A stretch of 62,751 bases of DNA, counting the filler, from Sminthopsis crassicaudata (taxonomy: Eukaryota), in NCBI RefSeq assembly GCF_048593235.1. It is 3 parts of 3 records of this genome, joined end to end, with 100 filler letters (N's around TTAATTAATTAA, not from the genome) between each part and the next. Parts side by side here need not be neighbours in the genome. Positions count along the whole stretch, not along the records: positions 52,433 to 62,751 come from NC_133623.1; 2 more parts are not named here. One strand, written 5' to 3'. Position numbers and translations under genes: made by a program. Within the stretch, counting starts at the first letter, position 1. Each line of letters starts with the position of its first letter. Positions 61,485 through 62,751 of this stretch are shown piece after piece. Under the pieces are notes generated by a model. It made no database searches. It was given only the letters and a program-made list of their open reading frames with translations, and had not been told where the DNA came from.

Positions 61485-62352
61485 TTTTTTTACCGTAGTA
61501 AGTTTATTTTTAATATACATTGCTTTATGAATCATGTTGGGAGAGAAAAATCAGAGCAAAAGGGAAAAACCACAGGAGAGATTAAAAAAAAAAAACAGAA
61601 AAAAGTGAACATAGCATGGGTTGATTTACATTCCATCTCTATAATTCTTTTTCTGCATGCAGATGGCATTTTCTGCCCAAAGTATATTGGGATTACTCTG
61701 AGTCACTGAACCCCTGGGAAAAACTGAGTCTTTCATAGTTGATCAGCACACATTCTTGCTATTATTGTGTACAATGTATTCTTGGTTCTGCTTGCTTTGC
61801 TCAGTAGCAGTTCATGTAAATCATTCCAGGCCTTTCTATAATTGGCTTGTTCATAATATGATTGTTCTATAAAAAATTATGAACAAGCCACAATAGCCAT
61901 TCCCCAATTGATGGGCATCCACTCATTTTCCAATTCTTTGATACCACAAAAAGAAGTGCTACAAACATTGTTGTACTTGTGGGTCCTTTTTCTTCCTTAA
62001 TGATTTTTTTGAGATACAGATCCAGTAATGGCACTGCTACGTCAAAAGAGATACACAGGTTGATAGCCCTTTGGGCATAGTTCCAAATTGCTCTCCAGAA
62101 TGGCTGGATCATTTCACAACTCCACCAACAATGCATCAGTGTCCCAGTTTTCCCACATCCCCTCTAACATTTATCATCTTTTCCTGTCATCTTAGTCAAT
62201 CTGAGAGGTGTGAAGTGCCACCTCAGTAGTTTGAATTTTCATTTCTCTAATCAATAGTGATTTAAGAGCATTTTTTCATATAACTATAAATGACTTTAAT
62301 TTCATCATCTGAAAATTGTTTTCATATCCTTCGACCATTTATCAATTGGGGA
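61485..62352 (-). mobile_element. L1 3' fragment (ORF2 C-terminus plus 3' UTR)
   Basis: Minus ORF 61867-62136 HCWWSCEMIQPFWRAIWNYAQRAI...; ends at the 3' UTR T-rich tail. Confidence 0.9.
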
Positions 62353-62751
62353 ATAACATTCATTTTTGTAAGACTTTCAGCTCCAATTTTTTCTCCCTAC
62401 TTTCTTTCCCTCCCTAAGACAGCAAGCAATCATGTTAAACATAGCTCTACGTTAGTCTTATTGTGAAAGGAGAATCTGAACAAAAAGGAAAAACCCTGAG
62501 AAAGAGAAAACAAATAAAAAATAGTCTGCTTCGATCTAGTTCTTTCTCTGGGTGTGGATAGCCTTTTCCATATCAAGTTTATTGATGTCCTTCCTAAAAT
62601 GCAACACCATAATCTGGATGACCTCTGAGCAGGGCAGGAGTTACTCTGAGTCTTCCTCTCCTTATTCCTGAAAGCTCTGCCACTTTTCATGCCATCATGT
62701 TAACCATCATATCGCGCTTGCATTCTACTAAAACCTTCAGGCCCTTTTCAG

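Overview
Eukaryotic (mammalian) genomic DNA. The SINE and L1 3'-end types suggest a marsupial, probably dasyurid-like (inference). It is a draft assembly with four plain N-gaps and two identical synthetic 100-bp spacers (44N-TTAATTAATTAA-44N) at 30707-30806 and 52333-52432, which split the window into three blocks. Block 1 (1-30706) carries 13 consecutive in-frame coding exons of the P5B-type ATPase ATP13A5 on the + strand; the last one is cut by the spacer and the terminal exon is absent. Block 2 (30807-52332) carries exons 1-14 of an intact-looking fatty acid amide hydrolase gene (FAAH; Lys-Ser-Ser triad present) on the - strand with its CpG-island promoter; exon 15 is absent at the same spacer. 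Block 3 (52433-62751) is repeat-rich with no recognisable gene. The ATP13A5-FAAH adjacency is probably an assembly join, not biology. I found no clearly new multi-gene system. The most notable observations are: a ~32-copy 28-bp minisatellite that grew out of an ATP13A5 exon end and splice donor and holds two decoy donor copies; two further minisatellites traceable to L2 and L1 seeds; two local templated-looking duplications; and FAAH changes at the P129 loop and at the GGLFSDGG motif. Nearly all ORFs in the supplied six-frame track are repeat or GC artefacts.
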